In this document: in pieces, positions 11,704 to 25,355 of the stretch | Layout of the letters: each line of letters opens with the position of its first letter | Numbering within the stretch: the stretch's first letter is position 1 | Origin: Octopus vulgaris | Lineage: Eukaryota | Direction of reading: 5' to 3' | Length of the DNA stretch: 64,000 nt | NCBI GenBank assembly: GCA_951406725.2 | Contig: OX597826.1 | Span: 50,096,001-50,160,000, forward strand | The notes under the pieces: generated by a model | The model's database searches: none | What the model was told of the DNA's origin: nothing | What the model saw: only the letters and a program-made list of their open reading frames with translations | Program-made: the position numbers and the translations under genes

Positions 11704-12771
11704 AATGGTAACCTTGAGTATGTTTTAACCGCCCAGTTGACTGGAATAATGTCGTTCACCAATACAGTTCAATGTCTGGGCCACAGGCAGGATAACTCCT
11801 CACTCACAAAACAATGTAATTGTTATCCAAAATGTCAGTGAGTCTTGCTCCTCTGATCTGATTGGCCTCGAGCCATCTCCACTCATTCTCTCACGACACA
11901 ACAAGTGATCCATCCCCAAGCCCAGCACTTAGCACAACCTAGTCCTTCCTCTACAGAATACCAGTTCTATAGAATTCCTTCTCTGCCCTTGTCACCCTCA
12001 TCCATCCACAACTGTCAACTTACAGATGTTCAAGAGGACCGTTAACCGCAACCGTTTTCGCCAAGCCAAACCAATATAATGGCTGCTGCTACTATATCCG
12101 CCCATTGCTTCCACCACCACTCACGCGGACATTGTAGGGTCATTGTCCACACAAGGATCAACATAGCCGCTACTGTATAGGCTCATATTTCATGACTTCA
12201 TTCACTTCAGATGAGCGGGGTCTTTGAGCCTGAAATATATAAAAGGTATTAACCTTTTTTTTTTTCTTTAGCATTCTAAGAAGTTCTCCGTCTTCACCAT
12301 TTTGTTTAAATAAAGATTTTAAGTTTCTTAAAGCCTCTTCCCCACGGTGTTTCTTCTACAAGGCAAGCGATATCACGAAACTTTCTCGAAACTTCCAGTT
12401 GTTATGAAATCATTTTATGTTTTAATATTAATGTTCGCAGAATCGTTGCCAGACAAGAAACTTTTCCGGAATAAACTTCTTTGTTGCCATCAACATCCAG
12501 CCTCTCCCAGTAGGAAGCAGCTTTGATTACTTCTGCGACTGTCTGCTTCTCTCTCTATATATATATCTGTCTCTCTGTCTCCCTCTCTCTCTCTCCACCT
12601 CTCGATTTCTTTCTCTCTCCCTTGCTCCCTCCCTCTCTCTCTCTCTAAATCTTTCCACCTCTCGCTTTCTCCCCCCCCTCTCTCTCTCTGCCAGGTCTTC
12701 ACCAATCTGCAGACTGAACATGAAAGGTTTCGACCACACCCAGTCCTCATCAGCCTGGGTGGACCGACAAA

Positions 12772-12818
12772 CAAAATTCTAAAGACTATTTCCTTTCTTC
12801 CCCAGGCAGAAATGACAA

Positions 12819-12887
<69 letters not shown>

Positions 12888-12932
12888 GTTCCCTCGCACA
12901 AAATTTCAGGCCTTGTGCTTTTAATAGAAGGG

Positions 12933-13013
<81 letters not shown>

Positions 13014-13138
13014 GCCCCGATGCAGTACCAGGCAGTGGCTCTCTTGGCTTCTGATCTTAACTGATTGGAAGTGTTATTATATGCATGTTTTCTTTTGGTA
13101 TAAAAGATGGGCTACAGTAGATATTCTGCTCAATACTG
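12772..13138 (+). repeat. Local duplication, copy 1 (copy 2 at 13659-14007), containing two (AAT)n arrays
   Basis: Near-identical unique segments and junctions in both copies. Confidence 0.9.
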
Positions 13139-13545
13139 TTGATTTACGTGTCAGTTGTTTGACCTTAAACAGTTGAGCATGTCCCTTAGAGGGTGACGAA
13201 ATGTGCATTTCTGATCATGAGCAGAACAAGTCGAGGAGCATCATAGTCATGAGTTGAGAGGAATCCTTTGGGGTTTGAATAATTCACCTGTGGAAACATA
13301 GGTGTTTCGTTCATCATCCTTAAACAACCCTTATTCAGAGATCTTTTAAGCGGGACGGGCTACTCGACCTGAAGAAAATTCTAACTAGGCCCCCACTGAT
13401 CATACGCTGTTTATCTTGGCAGGAGATCACCATGTCGCACATATGTGGTTGTGATGCATGTACCTGGTGTACCCTTATCAGACGAATATTAGGCTCCATA
13501 TATTTGTGTCATTCTGATGGTATGCGCTGCTCTCTCACTGAATAA
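13011..13545 (+). mobile_element. (AAT)n-associated retroposon 3' segment (R4/Dong-related or SINE)
   Basis: Homologous minus-strand pieces at 38093-38150, 38495-38705 and 39028-39085, each abutting (TAA)n; ends CTCTCTCACT.AATAA. Confidence 0.55.
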
Positions 13546-13731
13546 CTATATTAATCCTTTCTTATTAAAGGCACAAGACGTGAAATTCGACGGGAAGGGG
13601 TGAGTCGATTTTACTGACCCCAGTACTCACCTGGTACTTTAGTGTATCGATCCTGAATCAAAATTCTAAAGACTATTTCCTTTCTTTCCCAGGCAGAAAT
13701 GACAAATAATAATAATAATAAAAATAATAAT

Positions 13732-13786
<55 letters not shown>

Positions 13787-13831
13787 GTTCCCTCGCACAA
13801 AATTTCAGGCCTTGTGCTTTTAATAGAAAGG

Positions 13832-13909
<78 letters not shown>

Positions 13910-15319
13910 GCCCCGATGCAGTACCAGGCAGTGGCTCTCTTGGCTTCTGATCTTGTTTTCTTTTGGTATAAAAGATGGGCTACAGTAGATATTCTGCTCA
14001 ATACTGATTAACAATTAATCGGAACCAAACCATGTCGCAGATTGTGAAATAAATTGCGGTACACCATATTTGATTCGTAAATAATTCATGCAAAAATAAA
14101 ATAAGATAAAACAAAACAAAACAAAACAGAAATAACGTCAAACGTGGTGGGTTGCGTGCACATCCACCCCAACCTCCCTTTGTTACTTAGTGAGTGTAAG
14201 AATTAGTTACCATTATTCTGTCGTTTCCGTTTCTTATATTAATCAATCGCTTACCCAGCTTTTCCACCCTGTATGCACACACAATCTACTGTTGCCAACT
14301 CCAAACTCCACCATTACGGGTATTTGCTTCTGGTTGTTATTTTTTTTTATTATATATATATATATATATATTTAAGAAAGAACATTTTTTAGCATTTATT
14401 TTAGAAAGCAGGAAACACTTGAAATTGCGCATGTGTTAAAGATACATAAAAAAAAAGAACGCTTCTACACTCTGGGTGCAGGGTGGTGTTGGCCAGGAAA
14501 TGGTTGTTGATCTAAAGTGGTATGCAGAATCAATGAAAAAAAAGACACAAGACGTTTCGGAGAGAAAGAAGAAACGCTAAAGGAAAAAAAACCTAAAGTA
14601 CATCGAAACAAGTACATTGTAATGTTTTACTTACAATAATGGTGGTAGTGGTGGTGGTGGCGGCGGCGGCGGTGGTAGTGGTGGTGACAACGTGACGACG
14701 ACGACGACGACGATGATGATGATGATGATGATGATTATAATGATAATGATACTCACGTCGAGGGCGATGACACTGATGACAATGACGATAACGATGATGA
14801 TGATGATGACGATGACGACGACGATGGCGACGACGAGAATGACAAGGAGGAGTGGAAGGATATATAAAAATATATGAAGAGAAATAAACTAAGAGAAATA
14901 ACTCAGCGTGGCCAATAACATGCATTTGAACAACATTGACAAATACAGGTATACCAAATACTATACAACGTAAATTTTGGGTTTATCAGAATTATCGCCG
15001 CCATTAGAGGATGTGTGACAATTACCAAATGGCAATTAAATCCAGCTCCACTTGAGAAAGGGAGATAATCTCAAGTAGTCTCCCAAAGTTCTCCAAAGTT
15101 GACATAGGATTAAAGAAAGGATAAGCATATTGTCTGGAGATAAGAAATTAGCCGTGAACTTGTATTTCGTTCTTTTTCTCCGTTGTAGCTGGATCAAGGA
15201 AGACGTGTTCTTGTCTGTCTCCTGTCCAAGCTTGATTTACGCGTTCACCATCACAACCTCGCTGAGGCTAAGCAGCCCTTCCTGTTTGTTTTCACTGTTC
15301 TGTTTCTGTTACCAATTTT

Positions 15320-15506
15320 GACCCTCCGCAAAATCCCAAATTTAATTTAATTTGCTTTGCGGGAGCAACTGTTTTATCGAAAGTGTATCTTGTTGTTAAA
15401 TGCTCGAAATAAGAAACTAGAAAAACAGCCAACAACTGATGAAGGGTCGTTCTTTGTGTTGTTTGTCTTGTTTTCCATTTATGTCTTTCGCTGTTCGAAA
15501 TGCATA
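15320..15506 (+). mobile_element. Fragment of the TACAGGAC family with CTGATGA...GAAA-TGCA-TA
   Basis: Homologous to 30820-31000 on the opposite strand. Confidence 0.55.
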
Positions 15507-15553
<47 letters not shown>

Positions 15554-15692
15554 ACATACTATGTATGTATGCATGTATGTATGTATGCCTTCCAATAATC
15601 AACCCACCCACGGCCACAACAAGTGCACATTAATCAACTATCCTACCAACAATGTGTTCATGTATTTAAGGGGTTAATGTGATGAACCACAT

Positions 15693-16000
15693 GTTGTTGT
15701 TTGTTCCTTCTCGAGCTATGCCCGGCTCATAAGAACCGGTCTCCCGGTTTCATTGGCGTATAGGCTCCCCACCTAGACAGGACACTGATCCGTCGCAGAT
15801 GAGCTGCTAGATGCAGGAAGAAAGAGTGAGAAAAAGTTGTTGCGAGAGCGTCAGCAGAAGTCCGCCATTACTTGCTGCCGGAGCTGCTTGAAGCTTAGGT
15901 TTTTCGCTCATAAATACACATATCGCCTCGTCTGAGATTCGAACTCGCGATCCCGCGACCAAATACTATACAACGTAACTACTAGGCCATGTGCCTCCAC
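15693..16000 (-). mobile_element. tRNA-derived SINE family D, full length
   Basis: 12-bp TSD GATGAACCACAT (15681-15692, 16001-16012); A box TGGCCTAGTAG and B box GAGTTCGAATC on the minus strand. Confidence 0.85.
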
Positions 16001-16411
16001 GATGAACCACATAGCCTGTAATAAATATGCCGCATAATATGAAAACATTCATTTCAATACTTCTGTTAGAAAAAAATAAACAACTAGATAGATGCCATAA
16101 CCAGGATATTTATTATAAGGATTATGAAAGCCAAAGAACGAAATATCGGGAATACGAACATTAAGGAGGCTATCTCAATTAATATAACTAATTCCTCTAT
16201 GAACGACAGAAAAGATACTAATTGGTTGATATACCGCTACCAATCTGCATGTGTCACCAAATCCCATCATCTTCGCATAACTATATAGATCAGAACTTAT
16301 CCCATTCTCTTAAAAAAATAATTCTTTAACATGAAATATTTAAATATAAAATATTCAAATGTAAAAGTGAAACTATATTTGGGGTTGAGGCTTTTTTTAC
16401 TCCCTCTGCAG

Positions 16412-16472
<61 letters not shown>

Positions 16473-16637
16473 CACACACACATACACATCATTATATGAT
16501 TTACTTCGTCGATGTTCAGATCTTCCAGTCGCCTCAAGGATTATAACGAGCGAGAACTTTGAATATCATAAGTTTCACACGAGTATTGAGTCCTTTCTGT
16601 CATACTTTTTAAATCAAGGATGCGCAAACGTATGCAC

Positions 16638-16725
<88 letters not shown>

Positions 16726-16758
16726 CGTATGTACTATACATATGTACATGTATATATG

Positions 16759-16789
<31 letters not shown>

Positions 16790-17087
16790 AAATGTATATG
16801 CATTATATATGTATGACCCACATACGCACACAAGCGCGCGCACACGGAGACGTACCTACGTACATACATACATGCATATATGCACACACACACACACACA
16901 CTTCTGTGTGGTGTGTGTGTCTGTGTGTGTGTGTGTGTATTCATGTACCAAAGCGATATTTAATCCAATTCCAACAATTCAGGAATTCAAGGCAGAAATG
17001 ACAAGAACAAAAATGGGGGGAAAATGAGAAGAGAAATATTTAAAAATTATACATATATATATACACACACATTTTTGTGTGTGTGTT

Positions 17088-17167
<80 letters not shown>

Positions 17168-17424
17168 TACATATATATATATACTTATATATATATATAT
17201 AATGAAGAGTGTCGTTTGTTTTTGCCACCTGGCTGCCAGTCTTCTAGCTGTCAACCCGAAATTATGTTATAGTTATGTTGACACAAACCCGTTAGTGTGT
17301 TTTGTTACATGGAGCCAAACCAATATTTATCATGCAATCCTTTTTTTTAACTTTTTTTTTATAATGTTCTGTGTCTGCTTTTAATATCTTGGTGTTAGCG
17401 GTGGCGCTGTTGAATGAGGCGTGG

Positions 17425-18145
17425 GCGGTGGGCTGGAAGAGAGTAGTACAAAATGGCGTGGCCGTATTTAGTTCCGGCTGTTTTAAGTTCAAATCCTGCT
17501 GAGGTTGGCTCTTTCCTTTTCATGCATCCGGTTTCGTTAATATAAAAGTATCAGTCAGATACTAGAAACAGTTTAGTCGAGTATACCGCAACTTCTATCT
17601 ACAAGTTGTATTTATTTTAGACCTGAATATTGGGCTGACGGATTTCGCAGAATCATAAGTGCGTCGGACAAAATGTCGAGTGATATTTGATTATAGTCCT
17701 TTGCATTCGGAACACAAGCACTACCAAAGCTGAATTTGAATTTCCTCTTCAATGATTGGAAATGAAGTATCAATCAAGTTCTGGCGTCGACATAATCAAA
17801 TATACTCTCTTGAACAAAATTTGATTCCTATATATATGATAGAAATTCATTTCACTATCGTTCCCACTGGGATGGGAGCAGATTTTCTAAAAACCACTTT
17901 TATAACAAATTCGTAGCTTTTTTGAAATAGAAAAAATAACATACTATTTCTTACCCACCGCTCCGAACGCCCAACAAAATGCTTTATGGTATTTGTTCCA
18001 GCACTTTACATTCTAATTTCAAATCTCACTGAGGTCAGCATTGCTGTTCATCCTTTAGAGATCGATAAAATAACGTATCACTCAAATACTAGGGTCGATA
18101 GCTTGGACTAAATCCCTTCCATCAAGACTGCTGGATTTGTGTCTA
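17425..18145 (+). mobile_element. Cluster of three old SINE family B copies
   Basis: Degenerate TTCAAATC...GAGGT...TTCATCCTTT..GATCGATAAAAT motifs. Confidence 0.55.
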
Positions 18146-18149
18146 AGTT

Positions 18150-18388
18150 AGTTTGTTGTTTGTTCCTTCTCGAACCACGCCTGCCTCATAGGGCCGGTTT
18201 CCCGGTTTCCTTGGCGTATAGGTTCCCCACCTAGACGGGACGCCGGTCCGTCGCAGGTGAACTGCAAGGTGAAGGAGGAAAGAGTGAGAGAAAGTTGTGG
18301 CAAAAGAGTCAGCAGAAGTTCGCCATTACCTTCTGCCGGAGCCGCATGGAGATTAGGTGTTTCGCTCATAAACACACACATCACCCGG
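18150..18388 (-). mobile_element. SINE family D, headless
   Basis: Colinear with 15693-15930. Confidence 0.8.
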
Positions 18389-18399
18389 TTTGATAAAAA

Positions 18400-18585
18400 A
18401 ATGTTCCTTCTCGAGCTATGCCAGGCTCATAAGGGCCGGTTTCCCGGTTTCAGTGGCGTAGAAATTCCCCACATGGACGGGACGCCGGTCCGTCGCAGGA
18501 TAACTCATTTTCGCCAGCTGAGTGGACTGGAGCAACGTGAAAATGACTGGAGCATCGCCCGGTCCAGGAATCGAAACCGCAATCT
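18400..18585 (-). mobile_element. SINE with family C core and family D-type tail
   Basis: Minus strand TTTCACGTTGCTCCAGTCCACTCAGCTGGCGAAAATGAG followed by ...GGCTCGAGAAGGAAC-type tail. Confidence 0.7.
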
Positions 18586-18587
18586 TA

Positions 18588-18750
18588 CATCGACCCCAGT
18601 GATCAACCGGTACTTTATTTTATCGATCCGGAAAGAATGAAAGGTAAAATCGACCTCAGCAGAATTTGAACACAGAAGCGTAAAGACGGACGAAATGCTG
18701 CTAAGCATTTTTCGCACCGTGCTAACGATTCTGCCAGCTCGCCACCCTTA
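18588..18750 (-). mobile_element. SINE family B
   Basis: Head GGCGAGCTGGCAGAATCGTTAGC on the minus strand plus core. Confidence 0.8.
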
Positions 18751-19481
18751 AGAAGAGACAATACTGGCGTGCAAGTTCGTTCGGAAGATTACTTCGTCCA
18801 GAAATTGAAACTGCGTGGCATGTACGGTCTCGTGTCAGAGTGCTCCGATCTTTCAGTCCTTGACAAAAACTCTCACATATTAAATATCACAAAACGTATT
18901 ATATAATTTATAAGAAAAGAATTGACGCGATACGAAACCGCGATACGAAACCGCGATATTATATCTACCGAATATGTTTTTGTTTAATTGAATCCGTGAG
19001 ACAACGCCCAAACGTAAAATATATTTAGTCTCGTTGTGGATTTTTCACCTGGTTATTTTTTTTCTCTCCTTTTGTTAGTCCCTTTATATTATTTTTTTCC
19101 TCTTGTGTTCAAGGCATGCATAATGTGAATCTAGTGGATTATAGTATGTATGGACTTTGGGAAGGAGGTGCGAGGCAAAGCTTTTATATCTCACCAGTTC
19201 GCTCTACTTGGAATTCTATTCATTGCTAAAAACCAATGTGTCAACAACAAGCAAAATAAAATGATTTTAAAAAAAAAGCCCATCAGCTGTTTAAACAGGT
19301 GATATGACATAATGGTTTACCGCGAGACCACTGAACACATAGGTGTGTTCCTATGTGTCTTTCTGTTGTGTGTATCTCGTGTGTGTGTGTGTATGTATGT
19401 GTGTGTGTGTCGGTGTGAGTATCTGTGTATGTGTATGTCTGTATGTATGTATATGTAAGTCTGTATGTATGTATATGTAAG

Positions 19482-19534
<53 letters not shown>

Positions 19535-19821
19535 GCGCAGGCGTGTAAGAAGCTTGCTTACCAACCACATGTTTCCGGGTTCGGTCCCACTGCGTGGCAC
19601 CATGGGCTAGTTTCTCGAATTGAAATAAAACTGCCATTAAACTGTAAAACATTCCGGAGAAGGTGTCTGATTATTAACAGGTAGAAATTTATGATTTCAA
19701 ACTGTATAAACTTACAAAAGTCATTACAATCTACTTTGCAGATTACTTGATAAGAAATACAGTATTTTTCCAAGAGGCAGTGACTTATTTCAAGTAAAAA
19801 ATCTATGAAATTTAAAATATT

Positions 19822-20233
19822 TTTACTCTATTTACTCTTTTACTCAGTCATTTGACTGTAGCCATGCTGGAGCACCGCCTTTAGTCGAGAAAATCGACCC
19901 CAGGACTTACTTTTTTATAAGCCTAGTACTTATTCTATCGGTCTCTTTTGCCGAACCGCTAAGTTACGGGGACGTAAACACACCAACATCGGTTGTCAAA
20001 CGGATGTTGGGAGGACAAACACAGACACACAAACATATACACACATAAACATATATATATACATATATACGACGGGCTTCTTTCAGTTTCCGTCAACCAA
20101 ATCCACTCACAAGGGTTTGGTCGGCTCGAGGCTACAGTAGAAGACACTTGCCCAAAGTGCCACACAGTGGGACTGAACCCAGAACCATGTTGTTCGTAAG
20201 CAAGGTACTTACCACACAGCCACTCCTACGCCT
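19822..20233 (-). mobile_element. SINE family A, full length
   Basis: Reverse-complement match to 450-858. Confidence 0.9.
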
Positions 20234-20914
20234 AAAGAAAACTAACTTTTGGTAGGAGTTATTAATCTGCATTTGGAATATGAAAGAAGAGTATTTTATG
20301 AACTTTAATTCTTGTGTATGGCTCCCTTAATGTCATTTACTATGCTCTGCCGTCCATTTTCTATCATTTTCTATCGGAAATCTGAAATCAACGACACTAT
20401 TGTTCATCATTTGCAATATCTAATTTTTAGAATACGCTAAAGACGAGTTGGTCATTGCTAGAAAGCCTCTAATTATAAGTCTGTTGAATTAAAACTAATC
20501 TGGGACAAACAACACCTCCACAGACATGGAAATTATTGTTGGTGTTAATTTTGTAATGTAATATGAGAAGAACGAAAATATTGAAGCAACCATTCGTGGT
20601 TATAACATCCTTAAACAGTAAAGGTGATGTTGTGAGGTTTCTATTATTGAAGGAAGATTGGAGTAACAGCGAATAGAACCGGACGTATTACTTGAAAGCC
20701 GCCCATTCATATCCTGCTGGAAATCGTAGGTTATGCATTTGTGTTGAAAGCGGGAAGTTGTTACGGATGAGTGAATTCGATGCCGAGCTGCAGCACGGTC
20801 TGCTGCTTTCAGTGCTGCTCCAGCTATTGCTATTGTTGTTGCTGTTGTTGTTTTGTTTTTTTTACTCCAAGTCAGCCCCGAAAGAGCAGAGCTATAAGCT
20901 ATGATCAGAGATAC

Positions 20915-21066
20915 TCAGTGAAAGGTAGGAGAGTCCAGTTTGCTGGACATTGTTGTAGAGCTGAAAACGAGGCAATTTCTACTCTTCTCCTCTGGAAGTC
21001 ATCTACTCGCAATACCAGAGGGCGCAACACCCTCCTACCCTGATGTAATCTCCAGGGATACAGGTG
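20915..21066 (+). mobile_element. RTE-clade LINE ORF C-terminal fragment
   Basis: RRVQFAGHCCRAENEAISTLLLW...RGR / SYPDVISRDTG resembles the RTE C-terminal R.FAGH..R, RGRP and D.L..DTG motifs. Confidence 0.65.
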
Positions 21067-21159
21067 CCCAAGATGCCACGCAGTGGGACTGAACCCGGAA
21101 CCATATGGTTGGTAAGCAAGCTACTTAACACACAGCCACTCCTGCGCCTATGTATATAT

Positions 21160-21320
21160 TAAAAAAATATTACTTTTTTAATATATAATAAATATAAAAG
21201 AATTTAAATATTTTGGGTATTGTAGAAGTATAAGCTATTTTTTGTTTTTTGCAGATAAATTTTAGCAGTAAAATCTCATATAGCCTCAAGGGCCATATGG
21301 ACCCCGTTTGAGAACTACTG
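21160..21320. mobile_element. hAT-type MITE, right portion
   Basis: Ends TTTGAGAACTACTG followed by CTCTAACC (nnnTAnnn). Confidence 0.55.
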
Positions 21321-21737
21321 CTCTAACCCATACGCAACCATTTTCGAGAATCACACACGTACATATTTATATATATGCATATATAAGCATACAAATATAT
21401 ATGCATATATGTATACACGCAGACACACACATACACGCATATATACACACATACATATATACATACACACTTACATACATGTGTGTGTGTGTACACACAC
21501 ACACATATGCCCAATCTTTGGCCGAAACATCTAAGTTTATGTATGTCGGAGCGGTTTGCCCATCTTGACTGTTGCTTTCACTTCGTCCCTTTTTATTATG
21601 TAGCTAGGGGATGAGAGTGCAATTCCAAGGAAGGCGCTAAGATGAATCACAAGGCACTAAACGAGGCGGGAGCGTACAAAGCTGAAACTTAATGAAAGTA
21701 ACAATCAAGGTGGGGACACCGCTTTGACTAATACACA

Positions 21738-22128
21738 ATATATAAAAGTGAAGTTGTGTGTCTGTCTCCTACGATTTAGATTCCTAACTACTCCCACATT
21801 TTGCGGTGCAGTTTAACCAAAACCGGGTATCTTATAGTCGTGATTTATATCGAGCCCTTCTGGGTATTAGCGCGCGTCTACGATGAGTCTACGATTTTTA
21901 AACAAATTTACCATAATTTTTTTCCATTTTAATGCATTTTTCGCTGTTATATAAGGGAAGTAACTCTCTAAAAATGTCTACGATGAGTCAACGATTTAAA
22001 AAAATTTACCATTCATTTTTTTTCCATTTTTAATGCATTTTTTTGCTATTTTTTGGCTATAACTCTCTAAAAATGCTTATATAGTTATTTCCCTTATAAA
22101 CCCGAGCAACGCCGGGCGATACTGCTAG
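21738..22128 (+). mobile_element. Non-autonomous Helitron
   Basis: 5' ATATATAAAAGTGAAG..GTGTGTCTGTC; subterminal hairpin CCCGAGCAACGCCGGG then CTAG|T 3' end; internal ~100-bp tandem duplication. Confidence 0.8.
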
Positions 22129-22439
22129 TACACAATATATAAATACCTTATATCAGAAATATAGAATTGTAATGTCTAAGGAATCTAATCTTTTTCATTC
22201 GCAAAATGAGCCCCCTTCAATTTTACTCAGATTGCTTTCAGTTTTGATGTATCGATGCAATTCTGAATTTTGATTACTTTACCTCGTAAATTAAAGAATC
22301 TGATGTTATTTGGAATTACAGTTGAGAAATTTGGGTAATTTTAGCCAATCAACAGACAGCGAGGCATTAACAGCTTGTTATCATGACAACCGCACGTTGT
22401 GTTGTGTTTCACCCGATTGTTGTGTTAATTCTTCATACC

Positions 22440-22655
22440 TATTTCTTTATAACCCAATAGGGGCTAAACACAGAGGGGACAAACAAGGACAGACATAGGT
22501 ATATTAAGTCGATTACATCGACCAGTGCGTAACCGGTACTTAATTAATCGACCCCGAAAGGATGAAAGGCAAAGTCGACCTCGGCGGAATTTGAACTCAC
22601 AACGTAACGGCAGACGAAATACGGCTACGCATTTCGCCCGGCGTGCTAATGTTTC
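22440..22655 (-). mobile_element. SINE family B, monomeric form
   Basis: Reverse complement of 25356-25590. Confidence 0.85.
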
Positions 22656-23566
22656 TGCATACCACGAGATTTACTTCACCCGCGTGTTTTGTTTTAATAA
22701 AAATTTATATTTAGCAATTAGAATTTTATTATAGATATTTTACATATTTTTCATATCTAGCAAAAGTTGTTTGCGATGTTTATACAGTTTCTTGGCATTA
22801 TGAAGGTGAATAGAATATGTGAACTTAGTACAGATAATTTGACATTATTTTTTAATTCCGCATGCAAAAGCATATAAGACATAAGTATTCTTTTTCTTGG
22901 GACAAATTCTTTGTTGACCAGTGTTATTCTTATCGTAGTTTACAAATCCAAGCATGAAACCGTTACTCAACTTTGAAGTTTTGGAGACAGACGCGAGACG
23001 TCCCCTTTCACACACAAACATGCACTTATATATTAATGATGCACACAAATACATGACAAGTATACATAAAACTGAAATACGCATAAAGTAAACACATGCA
23101 AATAAATATATTAATATAACATTTAAAAACAATAAAAACATACAATCACTGAAGAGATAAAAGAAACAGTAAGATGATACATGTTGATTTTAGTAGGTAT
23201 TTCTGTTTATTTAGAAACCTACAATGAAGAGGCCATTTTATAGACGCTAAACTATAAATTTCACAGAATACAACCTTAAAGTTGACACCGCAGAAAATTT
23301 CTATCTCGCTATTAGCTAAAAATGCAGGTTTTTTTTTGTTTGTTTTTTTTTCAATTTTTAAACCTCTGTAACTTTTCCACCAATTGTTTTCTCTACAACA
23401 GCCTACCTTCATAGCAATTAGACTGGAAAACTATATTATTATAGCCGATTTTCAGATTTTTTACTGTCTTTTAAAAAAAGCATATTTTGCAAATGAAAAA
23501 AAAAAAAAACAGATTCTGTCTAAGTTTATCTAAATTTTATATATAATACATTTATACTTTATATAT

Positions 23567-23965
23567 AGGCGTGGCTGTGCGATAAGAAGTTTACTTCTCA
23601 ACCACATGGGTCTGGGTTCAATCCCACTTCGTGGCATCTTCGCGAAGTGTCTTCTGCTATAGCCTTGGGTTAATCAAAGCCTTGTCAGTAGATTTGGTAG
23701 ACAGAAACTGAAAGAAGCCTGTGGTACAGATTTTCATGTGTATGTATGTGTATCTTTGTGCCTGCGTTTGTCTCCCACCATCTCTTGACAACCGGCATTG
23801 ATGTGTTTATGTCCTTGTAGTCTAGCGGTTCGGGAAAAGTGACCAATAGAATAAGTACTGACTTTAAAAAAAAAGTACTGAGATTGTTTTGTTAGGTTAA
23901 GATTTGTTCAAGGTGGTGTCCCAGCATGGCCACAGTGTAATGACTGAAACAAGTAAAAAATAAAT
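23567..23965 (+). mobile_element. SINE family A, older copy
   Basis: Head, body and tail recognisable. Confidence 0.85.
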
Positions 23966-24309
23966 GATATTGATACATGCTTAAGCGTGTGTGCATGAAT
24001 CTCCACGTGTATACAGACATCTAGACAGATAAATGAATAGATGTCTGTATGTATACATTTCGGGATTCGTTAGTCTAAGGCCAGTTATTTGGCGACAAAT
24101 ATAATCATATTCTTATCAGATGACCATTGAGCTCAGTCATACATACACGTGTGTGTATGATATGTGGCGCATGACCTGCGACCGTAAAAATGACCTCGGC
24201 GCCATAGTTACAATTGGTGAAAAGGGTCATCATCATTATAATCAGTAACTGATATCATCATTATACACAAATATGTTATATATATATATGTTAAATATAT
24301 ATATATATG

Positions 24310-24391
<82 letters not shown>

Positions 24392-25052
24392 AATATATAC
24401 ACACACACACACACACACACGAGTTATTTCGTGTAGCAACAATGTGTTTGTGTGTGCGTGTGTGTGCATAGCATTCGTGAGTGTGTGTATACGTTTGGGT
24501 GTATGTTTGTGCGCGTATGTATGTGATAGATAGATATAAAAGTATGCACATACACAAACACACACACACACACATACGCACGCACCCATGCACGCACATA
24601 CACACATACTTATTACGGCTACGCTAAACAACTCAGATGTATTCTCGTATATATATATATATATATATATATATAGCAAGGTAATTTTTTCGTGAACAAT
24701 CATTAAACTCAAGATACACAAAGACTTTACAATGTATCGGAGTACCTATTTTTTAATTTTTGTATATATTTATTATTATTTTTTTGCAAAAAACAATGTA
24801 ATTTTCTTTTTTCCCCCCTCCCCACTTTAAAAAAAAATTTTTTTTCTTTACAATTTTTGAAAAGACACATCATGACTAAAACCAGTATGAATTAATATAT
24901 ATATATATATATATTTTATCAATTTTTCAAAAACTTTTTCCATACACCCATTTTCATTAAAATTTTCTTTCAATTTAGCATTCTGCCTTTTTACAATTTT
25001 TCCTTGCTTATCATTTCTCCACGTGCGGTCAACACAACCCCACCATTTATTG

Positions 25053-25116
<64 letters not shown>

Positions 25117-25119
<3 letters not shown>

Positions 25120-25240
25120 GCATACTTCGGCTTAAGTAGTTTCGATTTAAGTCGTTCTCGATTATACGTCAGTTTTCAAAAATAAATTATGGAAAAATAA
25201 AAATCAAGTTAAGTCATTTTATTCGGCTTTACGTCTGTCC
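25117..25240. mobile_element. Possible Tigger/pogo-like terminus
   Basis: TA-CAGGCATACTTCGGCTTAAGT with short TTAAGTC/TACGTC subterminal repeats; no partner end found. Confidence 0.35.
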
Positions 25241-25355
25241 GTCACAAATATTGGAATTGTAAAATCACTAGAAAACCGTTAAAAACACATAATGTTAATG
25301 TACAATAAATAAGAATAGAAGTCGTATTTCTTTGCTCAATATCATTTTAATTGTT

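Noticed and set aside
12693-12770. Exon after a polypyrimidine tract and CAG
   Set aside because: The tract is a (CT)n microsatellite; there is no clear donor and no recognisable peptide.
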